Shown one piece after another: positions 51,069 through 63,983 of a stretch of 64,000 bases of DNA. The first letter of the stretch is position 1. Each line of letters begins with the position of its first letter. The DNA comes from Camelus dromedarius (taxonomy: Eukaryota), in assembly GCF_036321535.1 (NCBI RefSeq), contig NC_087437.1, positions 69,442,001 to 69,506,000 of the forward strand, written 5' to 3'. Both the position numbers and the translations under genes were made by a program. The notes under the pieces were generated by a model that made no database searches, had not been told where the DNA came from, and saw nothing but the letters and a program-made list of their open reading frames with translations.

Positions 51069-53831
51069 ACAAGACTATTACTTTGACTCTGGCCATCTTT
51101 TTCTTACGTACACTTCTTATGGTTTAAAATAGTTGCCACCTTAAATCAAGGTTTAAGCATTTTTAACGTTAAGTTATTTCTGAAAATTTTTTTTGCTCAT
51201 TTTTCAGTATGAAAGTTTTAGCTATGTTGTAGAAAGATTATTTTGTAGTTTATAGAGTCAATACATTTACTCAGAACTATTAAAAAAAGAACCCTTAAAT
51301 ATCTGGAGGATTGGTTTCCTTTTTAAAAATACTCCATTGTGCTCTGCTGCTTGGAGCTGGCTAATCATACTGGATTAGTAAAAAGTGTCAGTGTAAGTGT
51401 ATATGTGTGTATTCTAATATACCTTTTATTTATTTGGGAGTAAAAGATAAATTTTTAAAAGTAAATACAAATGAAACACAATGCAAAAATAAGATGTTAT
51501 GTAGACTGTCATAGCAAGATTTCCACATAACGAGTAGTCAGTTACTTCTTTAGGTAAGATAGATCTGAACTCTCTCAGATAATAATTTGAAATAATGATC
51601 TATGCGGTAATTTTAACATTCCCACAGACAAAAATTGCTAAAGTATCCAAAGGACCCTAAAGACCCTACTTAGAAACTATACCTTATACTGATTAGGAAG
51701 TGTACCCAGTTCATTAGCCAATGCTGTTAGGGCTTGGGATTGGGGAGTTGAATATGGTAACCATATGTCCTCTATCTGCATATATGACACTGTTCATGCA
51801 ACAGGCATTTACCAGGTGTCTATTTTATACCAGATTAGTTTTTGGAGGTACTTTCATGAACAAGACAAAATTCATTGTTATTTTATTTATAGGCCATATT
51901 TATGTAAAATATATTATAATATATTATATTTTTTCCAAGATGAAGATATTGGAAACTTATTCGCTGGGCTAAACAGCGTTCAGAGTACACCCCTGCGATG
52001 TAATATACCTAGTTGCTGCTGTGTTGTGCTATGCAGATGAGGGGAGAAAAAATAAACAAAACACAAGGATAAATGTGATAGAAGATTCAAAATGCATTTA
52101 CAGAGATAAATTTCCATTCGTCTCAGTAGAAAAGATAAACACAGTAGACCTACATCAGCAACTTTATTTATGATCTAGAGTAGGATAGCAAACAATCTAT
52201 TAATTGATTCATGAATGATTCTAAGTTGAGAAGTGCTGCAAATACCACCAAGGACAGAGACATGATGCCACCAAAGAATAGAACAGGGAACGTTGAGTCT
52301 GGAAAGAAGCATCAGGTGTCCACAAAGTTAGCTTTGCCTTCCCTTAGAGAGGAGTTCTAAATTATCAAACATATAATTAATCCCAATAATACCTTCATGG
52401 CAGAGAAACACGTATTGGGTAGTGGAGATACTAAATGGTACTTTAATCTACCTATGTTTATGAAAATAATTAGGCAGAGAAGAAAAGAAAAGAAAGGAAA
52501 AGAAAGACCTGCACACCATGGCACCCAACTGATTAAATAAAATTCTCATGTTTCCTAAAATATACAATTCACTTGAAAATAATAGGATAAAGAGGCCTTT
52601 TGTATTATGGGTGAGGTATTTTTTAAAAGATTCAGCTTTTGTCCTGAAAAGACGAGCTGGCTGCTGTATCTTTACCGTGGTCAGCCTGTGGATTATGCAT
52701 TGACCTCCTGTCCATGCATGGCTGCTTTGACCTTAGAAAACCTGGATTGGACTCAGTCTGGAAAATATGGGGAAACACGGTGTTTTAATTGTTCTGCTGT
52801 CATGCTCCTGGCTCCTTCTGTCCATCCCTCATGCCCCAGAGAGCTGAGCAGCTGGCTCTGCAGCTATGAACAGGGTCTGGGACAGTCTCCCTGTGGGGCA
52901 GACATAAATCTTGCCAAAGGGATACAGAGAGTTTTTTTGCTTGGTTTTTCCATTTCCAGATTCTTGCTGGACTTGAAGGAGAAAAACCACACTCCTCCAT
53001 AAAGTATTTATCCCTTCCTCACTAATCCGTGTTCTTTGCCTCTTTCAAGTTTCAGAAAGAGACCCTTTTAGATTTCTAAAATAAGTAGTTATTCAAATAG
53101 ACATTTTTTTCCTTCATCCTTCTTAGAATAGGAACTACAAAATTAGTTTTTTTCATCTACCATAAAAGATTGAATTCATTCTGATGTCCCAGAAATGCTG
53201 GTAGCAATCTATCTTGCCAGCACGCAACCTGCTGACCTCAGCAGGTGGAGTCAGACTCAGGCAAGAAGATACTAGCTTTGATTTTCTTGATACAACACCT
53301 GTCTACTTAGCCTTGGACCTGCTCACAGACTTCTCACTCCTGGGAGTGGGCATTCCAAGCTTGAAAGGATCAGAAGCAAACTCTGAAATTCAGTCTAATT
53401 GCTACAGTGGTGTGACATAGCCTGGATCTGCTATCACACAAGACTTTAGGAAATACTAATGAAAGAATATGTGCAGTTCAAAACTGAGTAAATATGCCAC
53501 ATAATCAATCGTCTAATTCTCAAAGTTACTTAAACAGATGGAGTTCCATGTGAATGACCTTTTCCTAGACAAGAAGATAATCCAGGGGGAAGTCAATACC
53601 CATTTAACTTTGCCTGCATTTCTTATACCAATTGTTTATTGCCAAGTTGGGTATAATATAATGACACCCATCCATTGGATGGTAATTATATCTTAAAGGA
53701 GAAATAGTGACAATATTTAGGACTAAGAAGTGGCATGACCATTATTCTTTCTGTACATAATTATTTCTCTTGATTGGTCTTGTTGAGTCCAATCATGTGA
53801 AGAATGAATGCAGATACAGGTATGGCCAAGG

Positions 53832-53859
53832 TTCTAATATCATTACTCTACTTTGCCAG
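53832..53859 (+). promoter_or_regulatory. Branch point, pyrimidine tract and 3' splice acceptor of the LSAMP exon
   Basis: TTCTAAT (53832-53838) fits YNYTRAY with the branch A about 22 nt before the AG at 53858-53859. Confidence 0.7.
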
Positions 53860-54092
53860 GTGTGTTGTAGAAGATAAGAACTCGAAGGTGGCCTGGTTGA
53901 ACCGTTCTGGCATCATTTTTGCTGGGCATGACAAGTGGTCTCTGGACCCCCGGGTCGAGCTGGAGAAACGCCATTCTCTGGAATACAGCCTCCGAATCCA
54001 GAAGGTGGATGTCTATGATGAGGGTTCCTACACTTGCTCGGTGCAGACACAGCATGAGCCCAAGACCTCCCAAGTTTACTTGATCGTGCAAG
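53860..54092 (+). CDS. LSAMP: Internal coding exon of limbic system-associated membrane protein (IgLON family), first Ig domain; corresponds to the exon after the alternative first exons
   Basis: Translates to (R)[77 protein letters not shown], which I recognise as LSAMP Ig1 (both Cys, core Trp, DEGSYTC motif, NRS sequon). Acceptor ctactttgccAG|G ends at 53859; donor CAAG|GTAAGA starts at 54093. Length 233 bp, phase 2 in and phase 1 out. Confidence 0.97.
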
Positions 54093-54290
54093 GTAAGAAA
54101 ATGGTGGGAAAGGAAAGGTGGGAGGCCGAAAATAATCTTGATGTACAAAATACTCAAATAATCCTTTCTGGAAAAAAAGAGCACTTCCAAGAACACTTCC
54201 AAATACATTAGGGCATTTAAGTATCTATTTTCTCTCTTAAAAGATAGACTTAAAATGAGAGAACTAAGGAGGATATAGAAAGAGAAGTCT

Positions 54291-54445
54291 TATCTTGTAG
54301 TAGTTGCCTATAATGAAAAAACTACGAAAACAAATACATGTATGTATTTGTATGACTGAACTATTATGCTGTACACGAAACTGACACAACATTATAAACT
54401 GACTATACTTCAATAAAAAAAACAAAACAAAACAAAAGAAATTTA
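54291..54445 (+). mobile_element. Short L1 3' end with AATAAA and A-rich tail
   Basis: 'tgactgaactattatgctgtacacgaaactgacacaacattataaactgactatacttcaataaaaaa'. Confidence 0.85.
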
Positions 54446-55733
54446 GGAAAAAAAAGAAGAAAATATTAAATTTGCCAATGGCAAACCATGCAGAGATAAT
54501 TGCTGACATGTGCTATAGGCGACAGAGTATTTTTTACATGGAAGTATAACTACACATATTAAAAATAAAATTGCTACCCTTTTTGCAATGAAGATGAAAA
54601 AAAAAAAAGGAGTCTTGCCACTGTGAGCCAGTGTCCTTGGGGAGAATGTTTTCTCTTAGCCTTGAGTGTGAAAACACACAGCAGAGGCTACAGCTTTGTC
54701 CACAGGGACACAAGAACACACAGAATGCTTAGAACCACATGAAATCCACTTTAGCACGCTGTTAGGTACCGTATGCTTTGCTGAAGGTTTGATTTTTCGC
54801 TGTCCTCAGTCTAAAGAATGTCACTAATTATCTGTTTCTGTGATAGTAAATGTTATTTGGAAAAATAAAAATTTCCAGAAGCATTGCCATTCACTCAGCT
54901 GGCAAGCTGTCTTTGTAGTTTGTATCCTCATTTAATGGCAGGTTATTTGTGAGCAACTCTACTGATGAGGATCTGCAGAGTCATTGGGGATAATTTGCTT
55001 CTAGATGGGGGCTTCCAAGGGCACATCTGAGTCATGGTTTTATAGGATGAAAACCCTGAATGGCATACACAAGACCCCAGACTATAGCTCTCTTGAGTCC
55101 CTTTTCCCCATAATTGCAGAATGAGAATAAAACTGGTCAGCTGCACAATTTTATTGCAAGGGAAGTCAAACTACCAGCAGTTTCAATCCATCTATCACGG
55201 AGGATCTAAGCACTAACAAATATTAGGGCTGTGTTCATGGATTCTTGATTTACAATTTTATGTAAATTGAATGCAAATTAGGCACGGCCCCAGGGCTCCT
55301 GTCAAGATTCCAGTGCAGTCAGTTGTATGGCAAAGTTTGACTGTAGCTTCTATTAATGTGTTATGGAATTGATTATTGCAGCATTTAAATTATTGCTCTC
55401 CCAGATCCTCTGATTAATAGATTGAAACTGGAGTGAAATACATCAGAGACTGCCTGGTGCAGGGGTGGTTTAGTCATGTGACCTCTATCTTGGTCCATTT
55501 GCAATGGCTGACAGCTTCATTTTATTGCTTGTAAAAGGCATGTCTCCTGATTTGCAAAGTTCCTATCACAGTCAAAGCGTAGAATGCTTTTCTTGTAGTT
55601 TAGTGGAGAGTGTTTGAAGTCCATGATAAGAGGCACCAGGGTTTGGATCTCAGGAAGCCCACATAAGTGTGTAAACATAACTACAGATATGTAGATGTGT
55701 AAGTAGGTTATCAGCTCCCTCAAAACACAAGCA

Positions 55734-55791
<58 letters not shown>
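55734..55791. repeat. (CT)5(CA)24 compound microsatellite
   Basis: Directly visible. Confidence 0.97.
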
Positions 55792-55794
<3 letters not shown>

Positions 55795-56399
55795 CCCTCA
55801 AGACACGAGAAGTTCTACCTCATTTAAAGGCAGAGGGAGAGGAGATAACTAGTTTACTTGAGGCCCCTTAGAACAGATTTAATCTAATGACCAGCTCCAC
55901 ATTATATTACGAGATTCCTACACAATTTTAATACCTTCACAGCCTTTAATGTCATGGGAAAGCCACTAAAGACCACAACTAGAAAATGTGTATTTTCCTG
56001 TATGGGATAAAATTGGGTAATCTAAGTATTACATTCCTTGGTTTCTAGATGAGGAATAGAAGTTAATTAAATTTTGGTTACTTGCTAAAGGTCACACAGA
56101 GAGTTCAGGGAGTAGCTTGGAGCCAAGCAGACCAGGAATCAAATTTGCAGCACTTTCTACTGGGATGGAAATTTTTTTGTTATGACTTTAATATTTAATA
56201 TCAGATTTATATTCATCTGAGCTCTTAGTGCCAAATGCCTGAAGCTTTTCCTCCTTTTTTCTTATTTATCTATGTACTTTTTAGATATAAACACAACAAT
56301 CTTAAGAGAATGAGAGCTACAACTAGGTTATATCATACTGTATATACCTTGTCAACACAGTGAAATTAACTTAAATTTGACTTAATATTAAGGGATGGA

Positions 56400-56590
56400 G
56401 AAGAACCTACTAAGTGTCAGGTACTGCTTATTCATTATCTCTTTTGATTCTAATGATATGATTATTAAATAGGTGTTAATAACTTCATTATAAATATGAA
56501 AAAGCTTGAAGTTCAGAAACAATAAGACGCCTGCCTAAGGCTGCCTCTTGGCTTAGGACAGGGTTTCAAACCCACATCTGTCTGATGCAA
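56400..56590 (-). mobile_element. MIR SINE
   Basis: 'acctactaagtgtcaggtactg...gcctaaggc...agggtttcaaacccacatctgtctgat'. Confidence 0.65.
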
Positions 56591-57114
56591 GGTATTATTG
56601 TATTTTGCTTTTAACCATATTACTCTGAAAGAAAATATGAGCAACAAAGCCTGTACTTGTGAGGCTTTGTTGAACCCTTATGGTGAAGAAAGGATTGTCT
56701 CCTCCTTGAGCCTGAGTTTTGAAGGGGGGAATTTTTGGACAATTATATGGATGTTGGCATTTGATACCTAGCACCAGATGGCTGATTCACTTCCCCTTAG
56801 GACGTTCAACTCTATGATTATGTCAGTGGTTCCATCCTTTCATGCTGTTTGTTCACACAGCTTCCTACTCCAGGCCTCAACCCTACATATTTTTACCACA
56901 TCAAAGATTCCGCTTCTAGGTATGGCTGGCGTCCTTCTTTCCTCCAATCCCATAGTACTTTCCTTCAGAACATAAGGGTCTTTTGAATTTTTCAAGTTCT
57001 GTCTTGCTCACTCTCCATGGTTTCTGCAAATCCCACTTAACTAGTCATTAAATAAATACTCTATTATTTTTCTTTGCCCAATAGCAAGGCCACCATTAAC
57101 TCAAAGATGCTATG

Positions 57115-57372
57115 AAATAGCATAAAGAATAGTGGTTAAGAAAGTGGGCTTTATTGTCACACTGCCTGCTTCAAATCTCAGCTTTCCTTCTTGCTACTTA
57201 AGTAACTTTTGGGGGAAATGACTTAATTTCTCTAAGACTCAGTTTTATTATTTGAAAATTAGAGATAAAATTAAAACTTTAAGCCCTCCTTAATAAGTTG
57301 TAAGGATTAAATTAGATGATCTATGTAAGCCCCTAGCCCAGTGTCTGGAGATTTTGTGTTCTCACTCAGTAA
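57115..57372 (+). mobile_element. MIR SINE, near full length
   Basis: 'atagtggttaagaaagtgggcttt...ttcaaatctcagct...tgacttaatttctctaagactcagtttt...gttgtaaggattaaattagatgat'. Confidence 0.85.
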
Positions 57373-57453
57373 GATGATGATGATGATGATGATGATGATG
57401 CTGACGACTACAATGCTGACAACCACTATGATGACAATCACGATGCTGCTGCC
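57373..57453. repeat. (GAT)9 microsatellite with a degenerate triplet extension
   Basis: (GAT)9 at 57373-57399, then in-phase variants gct/gac/aat/cac to 57453. Confidence 0.9.
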
Positions 57454-57679
57454 CTAGTATCTCTCATAAGGCTCGCTTTGCCCTGAGTGCTGCCTAGAGT
57501 CTTAAGAACTCACATTCGTCTGTTACCCTTGCAGTGGGGCTCTTTCAGCTGTTATTTGGTGAAGAAGTGACAAGCATCACTTCTGAATTCTTAGCTACAT
57601 TTATTAAAGATGTCTGAAGAGAACATGCAGCATGCATCAGTAGCACATAGAGTATTTATTAAATTCAATTTTAGATTGG

Positions 57680-57803
57680 TCCCCCCCTGCACTGAATTTC
57701 TGATAAGGTAGCATGGGGGTAAGGCCAGATAATTTGCACTTCTAACACACTCCCAGGTGATGCTGCTGCAGCTGGTACAGGGACCACACTTTGAGAACCA
57801 CTT
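57680..57803. mobile_element. MER5A-like MITE
   Basis: 'aatttgcacttctaacacactcccaggtgatgctgctgcagctggtacagggaccacactttgagaaccact'. Confidence 0.85.
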
Positions 57804-58817
57804 CTTTAGAAGAAGCGTGTACCTTGAGAACATCTGGGGAAATAATCCAGCATAATTTCATTCAATTTCAAATAGTGTTACATCCCCAGATATTCCTAAT
57901 ACTAATCTTCTTGGGCATGAGACAGAGAAAGGCAGATTGACAAGTAACTTTTATGATAACATCTTAGGCCTTCCAAAACTTCTTACCTAGCCTAGCCCTG
58001 TGGAAAGAAAATCTCTCCCCAAACTATCCATTTTCAGGTATCAAAGCTGAAAAAAAATTGTTGAGACATAAAAACTGCTCTAGACTTCAAAAATCTCAAC
58101 TTCATAAGTATTTAAGTGTTTGTCCCCCTCACATTTCTCCTGCATCCCATTTCCCCTGGAAATTTACTTTCCTTTTTTATATTCCTACAATGTTAGTAAC
58201 TTTTCAACATCTCCAACGTTTTTCTCTCTTATTTTGGTGATTATTTTTCACAAAAAAAGTAAGTTTTTTTTTTAATCTGTTCATGAGGGTCATTACACAC
58301 AAAATAACCTGTGTTGAAATAGATATGCTGCATGGTTCGCCAAACTCAATCTTTAGCTAAATGACATCTCCACGTATCTTCCTCATAAGGTACACAGGTG
58401 AGAGTTTTGCATCAGCAAATACAAAAATCAATAATAACCTTTGGGATCACTTGTGACTAATGTTATTAAATATTACATCTGTTGAAGCCAGGGCTATTCA
58501 AAACTAAACATACATTCCAGATACTTTATAAATGGAGGGACCCATTTCTAAAGCCAGATATTTTGGTTCCTACACCACCTCCTTTACAGATTCTAAGATC
58601 AAAGATTAAGAAAACGTCACCCTTAACTTCAATAAAATAAACAGATTCTTTTGTCATCCTTCTCATTAATAATGTTCGTTTATTCTCCAAAGGTTACCCT
58701 GCTGTGATTTCTTGTTTTTCTGATCATGCCACAAATGGAGGCACTTGTGTTAAGGCAATATTTCTCTTTATCTGATCCTTGCATAACCTACAACAGAATC
58801 AATGGTTTGGTTCATCA

Positions 58818-58955
58818 TATTTTTCAAAATGCAGAATCCTGAGAACCATTCCCAGAACAATCAAATAAGAATCCCTGGGAATGCAGCCAAAATTTACAAA
58901 TACATTATGCTCTGCAGGTGATTCAGATACATGTGAAAAACCAAGAACTAAAGCA
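58818..58955. mobile_element. MER5-family MITE remnant
   Basis: 'aaaatgcagaatcctgag...agaatccctgggaatg...caggtgattcagatac'. Confidence 0.6.
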
Positions 58956-61169
58956 ATCGATGAGAGGGATTTGCTGCTGCCTTTCCTGTATGACATGGCA
59001 TCAAATTATATCTAAAACTCTTCAAAACAGGTACTAGAGTCTTGTAATAGAAAAATTAAAAGTAAAATAAAATAAACCTGTGTACTCATCAAAAACAGAG
59101 ATTAATCTCATCTTCTTGAGCCCTGGGAATAGTGACTTCAAAAATGAGATTTTTTAAAATTGTAATGTTAAGAATCTCTATGTGTCTGTGAATACAAGGG
59201 ACATCCTGAAGTGATATTTTTTAGAACGTGAATCTTATTTTTAAATATCTCATTCACCATACCTTATAATATTTATCGCACACCTGGATTGTGAGACTCT
59301 CTCCATTACTTATAAGAAACTATATTGCATAATTACCTTAATTAAACCAATATAATTATGAAAACAAATGTGAAAGTTGACTCCTTCTAAGACCTGACAC
59401 TTTTGGTCTTTCTTTTCAGATACCCATGCTTAAAACGCCACATTTCCTGTATTTCATTAATCCTAGAATATTCATATTGGCTGACAACTGTAGTGTCTGT
59501 GGATCCTCTTTCAATTCAATACTTGAAAATTCAAGTGTTAGGAAACATTTAATTTTTTTCATAAATACTAGTCTAGAACTTGTTGTTTCTAGGATTTAAA
59601 TTCTTAGAATGCATTTTACAATCCTATTAATCATTCCTAATTCTGACCAAAAGCTGTTACCTGGAACTCCAAAAGGTACCTCTTCTATCTCTTTTACTCT
59701 CTCTTCTTTCCTTTCTTTCATTACTTCCTTTGCTCTCCTTTCCCTTCCATCTTTCTTCTCCCCCTTCCTTATTAGCATCATGTTGCACTGATTACTCAAT
59801 AACATTGCCTACAAAATTTCATACAAAACATTTGCCTCTGCATTCAATTCAACTTAGCCGGGAGCTCTTTACTTGGTTTAAATGTTCTAATAAAATAAAG
59901 AATTTGAGACCTTCTTTAGTTGAATTTGATATGAGGGTGAATTCTGTTGGTTATTGAGAATCTTACTAAGTAACTGGAATTCTCATTTGGATCTTGCCTG
60001 CTGAAGTCTACTAATTCTCCTACTCTTCAGCTTAATTTTTCAGACAGTAGCCTCTTGATTGTCTGTTAATAGGTCAGGTTCAGACTTTAAGGATGTCACT
60101 ATTCTCATCAGCAATCACACAGCTAATGTAATGGGAAGAAATGAAACTTTAGGGCTAAAATATTTGGGAATATTACCTTATGCAATTTTAATTTGATATT
60201 CCCACTGTAGGAAGGACTTCAAGTCTTATTTAAGTCAAGCCCATCCACTCATAATTTATATAATTACTGTCCCCAAGCTCTCTATGTGTATCTGCAGTCC
60301 ATCTTTCAGTTATTAAAATAAATCCACTATTTACATCCACATTCTGCTCTATTGGGCATTTGTCTCTTCTGAAGATGAGAAAAAATAAAAGAAGAGAGAT
60401 AAAGTTATTTTAGTGCCCTGAGCTGGCTCAGTGTTAAAACCCAGACTCCATGAAAAGAAGAAAGCTACTTGAAGCTACAGACCAATGTTCAGCTCTATTC
60501 AGAGATTCAGTATATTCTTGAATCATTAAACCAGTAAGGATTTTAGTACCTTCTGGTCAGAATTTTGATGGTGATTAGGAAGGATTTTGGAGTGGGATTT
60601 ATTCTATATTGGATCTGCATCTGCTGGATAGTTTAGCTACATCCAGTCTTTGCCACAGTTATTTTTACTTACATTTACATGATATCATATGTGGCTACTC
60701 ACAGATGCACTAGTTTTTACACAGAGCTTTTACCTATCAAGATAAGGAAAGCTAGTCTTTCAAATATTTTTAATTAGTTCTGTAAGCTACCATAAATTAT
60801 CATCAGTTGTAGCATTTGTTTTTTGTACATCACCAAAAACAAAAAGAAAAAAGAAAAAATCCTTATACTCTTAAAAATCTTAAAGGCAACTTTGTGAATT
60901 TATATATCTAAAAGTCAAGAAAGATGGCATATATTTTTCAGTATATGCATACTTTCATCATTTTCAGTTTGCTTTAAATAGGTAACATATTTCTGGACAA
61001 CAAGATGATTTGTGTTTTCTCTATGATGTGTCAAATCCTAGATCTGCCTCGGTTACAGATCAAGTATGCAAAAGGCATTGAGCCCCCTTTTCTGCTTTTT
61101 AGTGAAAAAACTGTTAGACAAGGAGTGTAGAGAAATCTATCTGACATCATTCAAAGCTAACATTATAAG

Positions 61170-61575
61170 TAATGGGACAAATTAGCATCATGTGCCAAAC
61201 GATAGGATACAATGAACAGAATACAGCATCACTTCTGTGATTTTTCTATCCAAACCTGAGTCTAAGCATGAGAAGACATTGGGCATACCCAAGTGGAAGG
61301 ACATTCTATGGATTGACTGGCCTGTAATCTTCATAAATGTCCAAGTTGTGAAAGTCAGGGGAGATAGAGCAACTGCCCTAGATTGAAGGGTTTACTGTAA
61401 TATGATATTGGATGTGACATGGAATCCTACATTGGACCATTTTGCTAGAAAAGACTTTATTGGGACAATGACAAAACTTCAATGGAGTCTTTGGGTGAAG
61501 AGTATATGGGAGTTCTTTGTATTATTCCTGTAATTTTTTTTTTTTGTAAATTTGAAATGATTTTAAAATAAAAGT
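61170..61575 (+). mobile_element. L1MC-like 3' UTR fragment
   Basis: 'gggacaaattagcatcatgtgcc...acagcatcacttctgtg...tatgggagttctttgtattattcctgtaa'. Confidence 0.8.
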
Positions 61576-61599
61576 AAAACAGACACAATAATATTTAAG

Positions 61600-63720
61600 G
61601 TAGGTATCAGGATTAATTACTAGTGAATATAATTCAAAATTATATTAAATATAACAAAATCACACAGTATTTTAATGCAAAATCCATTATAAAGCAGTAT
61701 ATGAATAAAATACATCAAAATGTCAAAGGAGAAAAATCATGAGATAATCTGAGTAACCAACAAAAATATATACAATATAATTTAACCAACCTCAATTCTT
61801 TTGATTTTATTAAATACTCACAAATTCAGTGAACTGAGTATAGAGGATGTCTTTTTTTTAACATGAAAAAGATGATTAGCCTCAACAATAATTAATTCAG
61901 GAATAAGGCAGGGATACCAACAATCATTATTATTATTTAACATTATTCTGAAGGTTCTAGTTAATGCAATGAGATAAGAAAATAAAACAAAAAGATGTAG
62001 TTGTGAAAAAGGAGAAAAGAAACTTAATTATATTTCCAGCTAAAGTGATTACTAACTGGAAAAAAGTCATAAATTAATGACCAGAATATTAGCACTATTA
62101 GCAGTTATATTTGATAAGTTGTCCAATTATCTGAAGAAACATGTAAAACTAAGAGTTTTTACATTCAGTTATAATAAAACACTTATAAAATAATACTATA
62201 GAATGTCTATTCACAAAGCTTCAGTAATATAAACAACATTTAAGCATAAATCAGATAAAGAATGTGGAAAACCTAAATGCAGAAATTGATATCATTTTAC
62301 CTGGCAGGAAGAGGTTTTGTTTGTTTTTGGTGTGTTTTTTTGTTTGTTTTCTGTCTGTTTTGTTGCTGTTGTTGTTTTACTGGAAGGGAAAAATTTCATT
62401 CCTGAATGGCAGCACAAATAATGTGAAGATGACAATTTTTCCCAAGATAAAAAGAATTTTTTTATATGTCTAAAAATTACTTTGGGAGATTTTTGATTGA
62501 AATTATACTAAGTTTATCAAATTAATTATAAAGAATAGATGGGCATGAATAGCCGGTACATTTTTTTTTTTATTGTTTTATTGGGGCAGGAAGACTTCTG
62601 TACTTCTAGATACTAACATATTTTGTAAAGATAAAATTATCAAAACAGTGTATTTTTACTTTAAGAATGCCCAAGTTTATGGATATAAATGAAATGCATA
62701 AAACATTACTGTGTACACCACACATAAGACCCAGGTTTATTTAAAATCATGGAGAAAGTATGATTATTCAACAGGTGGTTTTGAATAATTAAAGAAAAAT
62801 AAAATGATATTTTTACTGAACAACCACTCATGAAAATTAATACCAGATCCCTTAAAGATTTAAAAGTAGAAAATAAAGGAAAAAGAAACCTGAGACTTTT
62901 ATTTCTCCCTGTTGAGAGTGTAAATTAGTAGAAACTTTGCTAGGGTAGGGATGTCTATCAAATAGAGGAAAAGCCTAAAAGAACCATCAATAAATATGCA
63001 TCTGAACAGAGTGAGGAAAGCTTTCTTAGCATAAAAATAAGTTTAAAAAGCATAAAGAAAAAAATGAATAAATTTGACTACAGATATATAAATGTCTAAA
63101 GTTAAGAGAAGGGATAAAGTGATTTAAAAACAAAATATGTAATAGATAAAATCTTGATGTCATTGGTATATGAATAGATTTCAACATATCAATAAAGAGG
63201 AGAAATCAGTGCAGAAAATACGGTGAAACATGACTAAAATTTGTTGAAGGACTTAAATTGCCAATCCACAAAAGGATCCTTGAATATAGCAAACATCTGG
63301 AAAACTGTAAAACTTTACTAATAATCAAGGAAATGCAAACAGCAATAAATTATTATTTTTAAAACTAATAATAATGGGAAAGGGTTAACAAAATGTGGCT
63401 AGCCAGAATTGGCAAGTCAGTAGGAAAACTGACACTTTTATATTTCCCTGTTGAGAGTGTAAATTAAAAGAGACTTTGCTAGGGTAATATAGGGATGTCT
63501 GTCAAAGTTTTAAACTAAATTTGGATCATTTGACCTAGTAATTCCACTTGTATAAATGTGTAGAAAGAAGATCCTCTGAAATGCACACATAGATTTGTGT
63601 ACAAAGTGATCATCACAGAATTGCTTTGAAATAAATTATGGAAAACACCCGAAATATTCAGAATAAGGAAGGAGGAAGTTAAATTGGGGTCATTTCATAA
63701 GAAGAAATACTTTTATGATG
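61600..63720 (+). mobile_element. Old L1 (L1ME-like), decayed ORF2 RT and C-terminal region
   Basis: 'ttcaggaataaggcagggataccaacaatc...tttaacattattctgaaggttctag', 'ctaataatcaaggaaatgcaaa', 'catttgacctagtaattccactt'. Confidence 0.8.
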
Positions 63721-63943
63721 GGCATTAGAATGCCCAACATTCAAACCTCTTCCCTGTGCTTAGGAATTTCCCTCCTTTCAGTATTGTTGGGTTGCAGGCA
63801 TCACCACCCAGTGTAAAGCTGAAAGAAAATCCAGATTCAACCCTCAAAACCAGGACTTGGACACGAAATACAGGCCTTGAAACTCCACTGCACCTGCCCC
63901 AGGCTCAGAACTGTTGATAGACATTACTGATACAGGAAATTCA

Positions 63944-63983
63944 GGGCCAAGGTATTTGGTGGTGGGCCAAGGTATTTGGTGGT
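63944..63983. repeat. Perfect 20-bp tandem duplication
   Basis: GGGCCAAGGTATTTGGTGGT twice (63944-63963, 63964-63983). Confidence 0.95.

Noticed and set aside
52607..53002. 131-aa ORF upstream of the exon
   Set aside because: No similarity to IgLON or any family I recognise; length is compatible with chance
53843..54208. 121-aa antisense ORF over the exon
   Set aside because: Shadow of the coding strand; no recognisable protein
53804..54211. 135-aa ORF as a stand-alone gene
   Set aside because: Only 53860-54092 is LSAMP-like and it is bounded by canonical splice sites; the flanking codons are intronic
2328..55288. Shared 11-mer TTAGGCACGGC at 2328-2338 and 55278-55288
   Set aside because: Many 11-mer matches are expected by chance in 64 kb
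6560..63720. Apparent excess of sense-oriented L1 in the intron
   Set aside because: Too few elements, mostly very old, to claim a departure from the usual antisense bias
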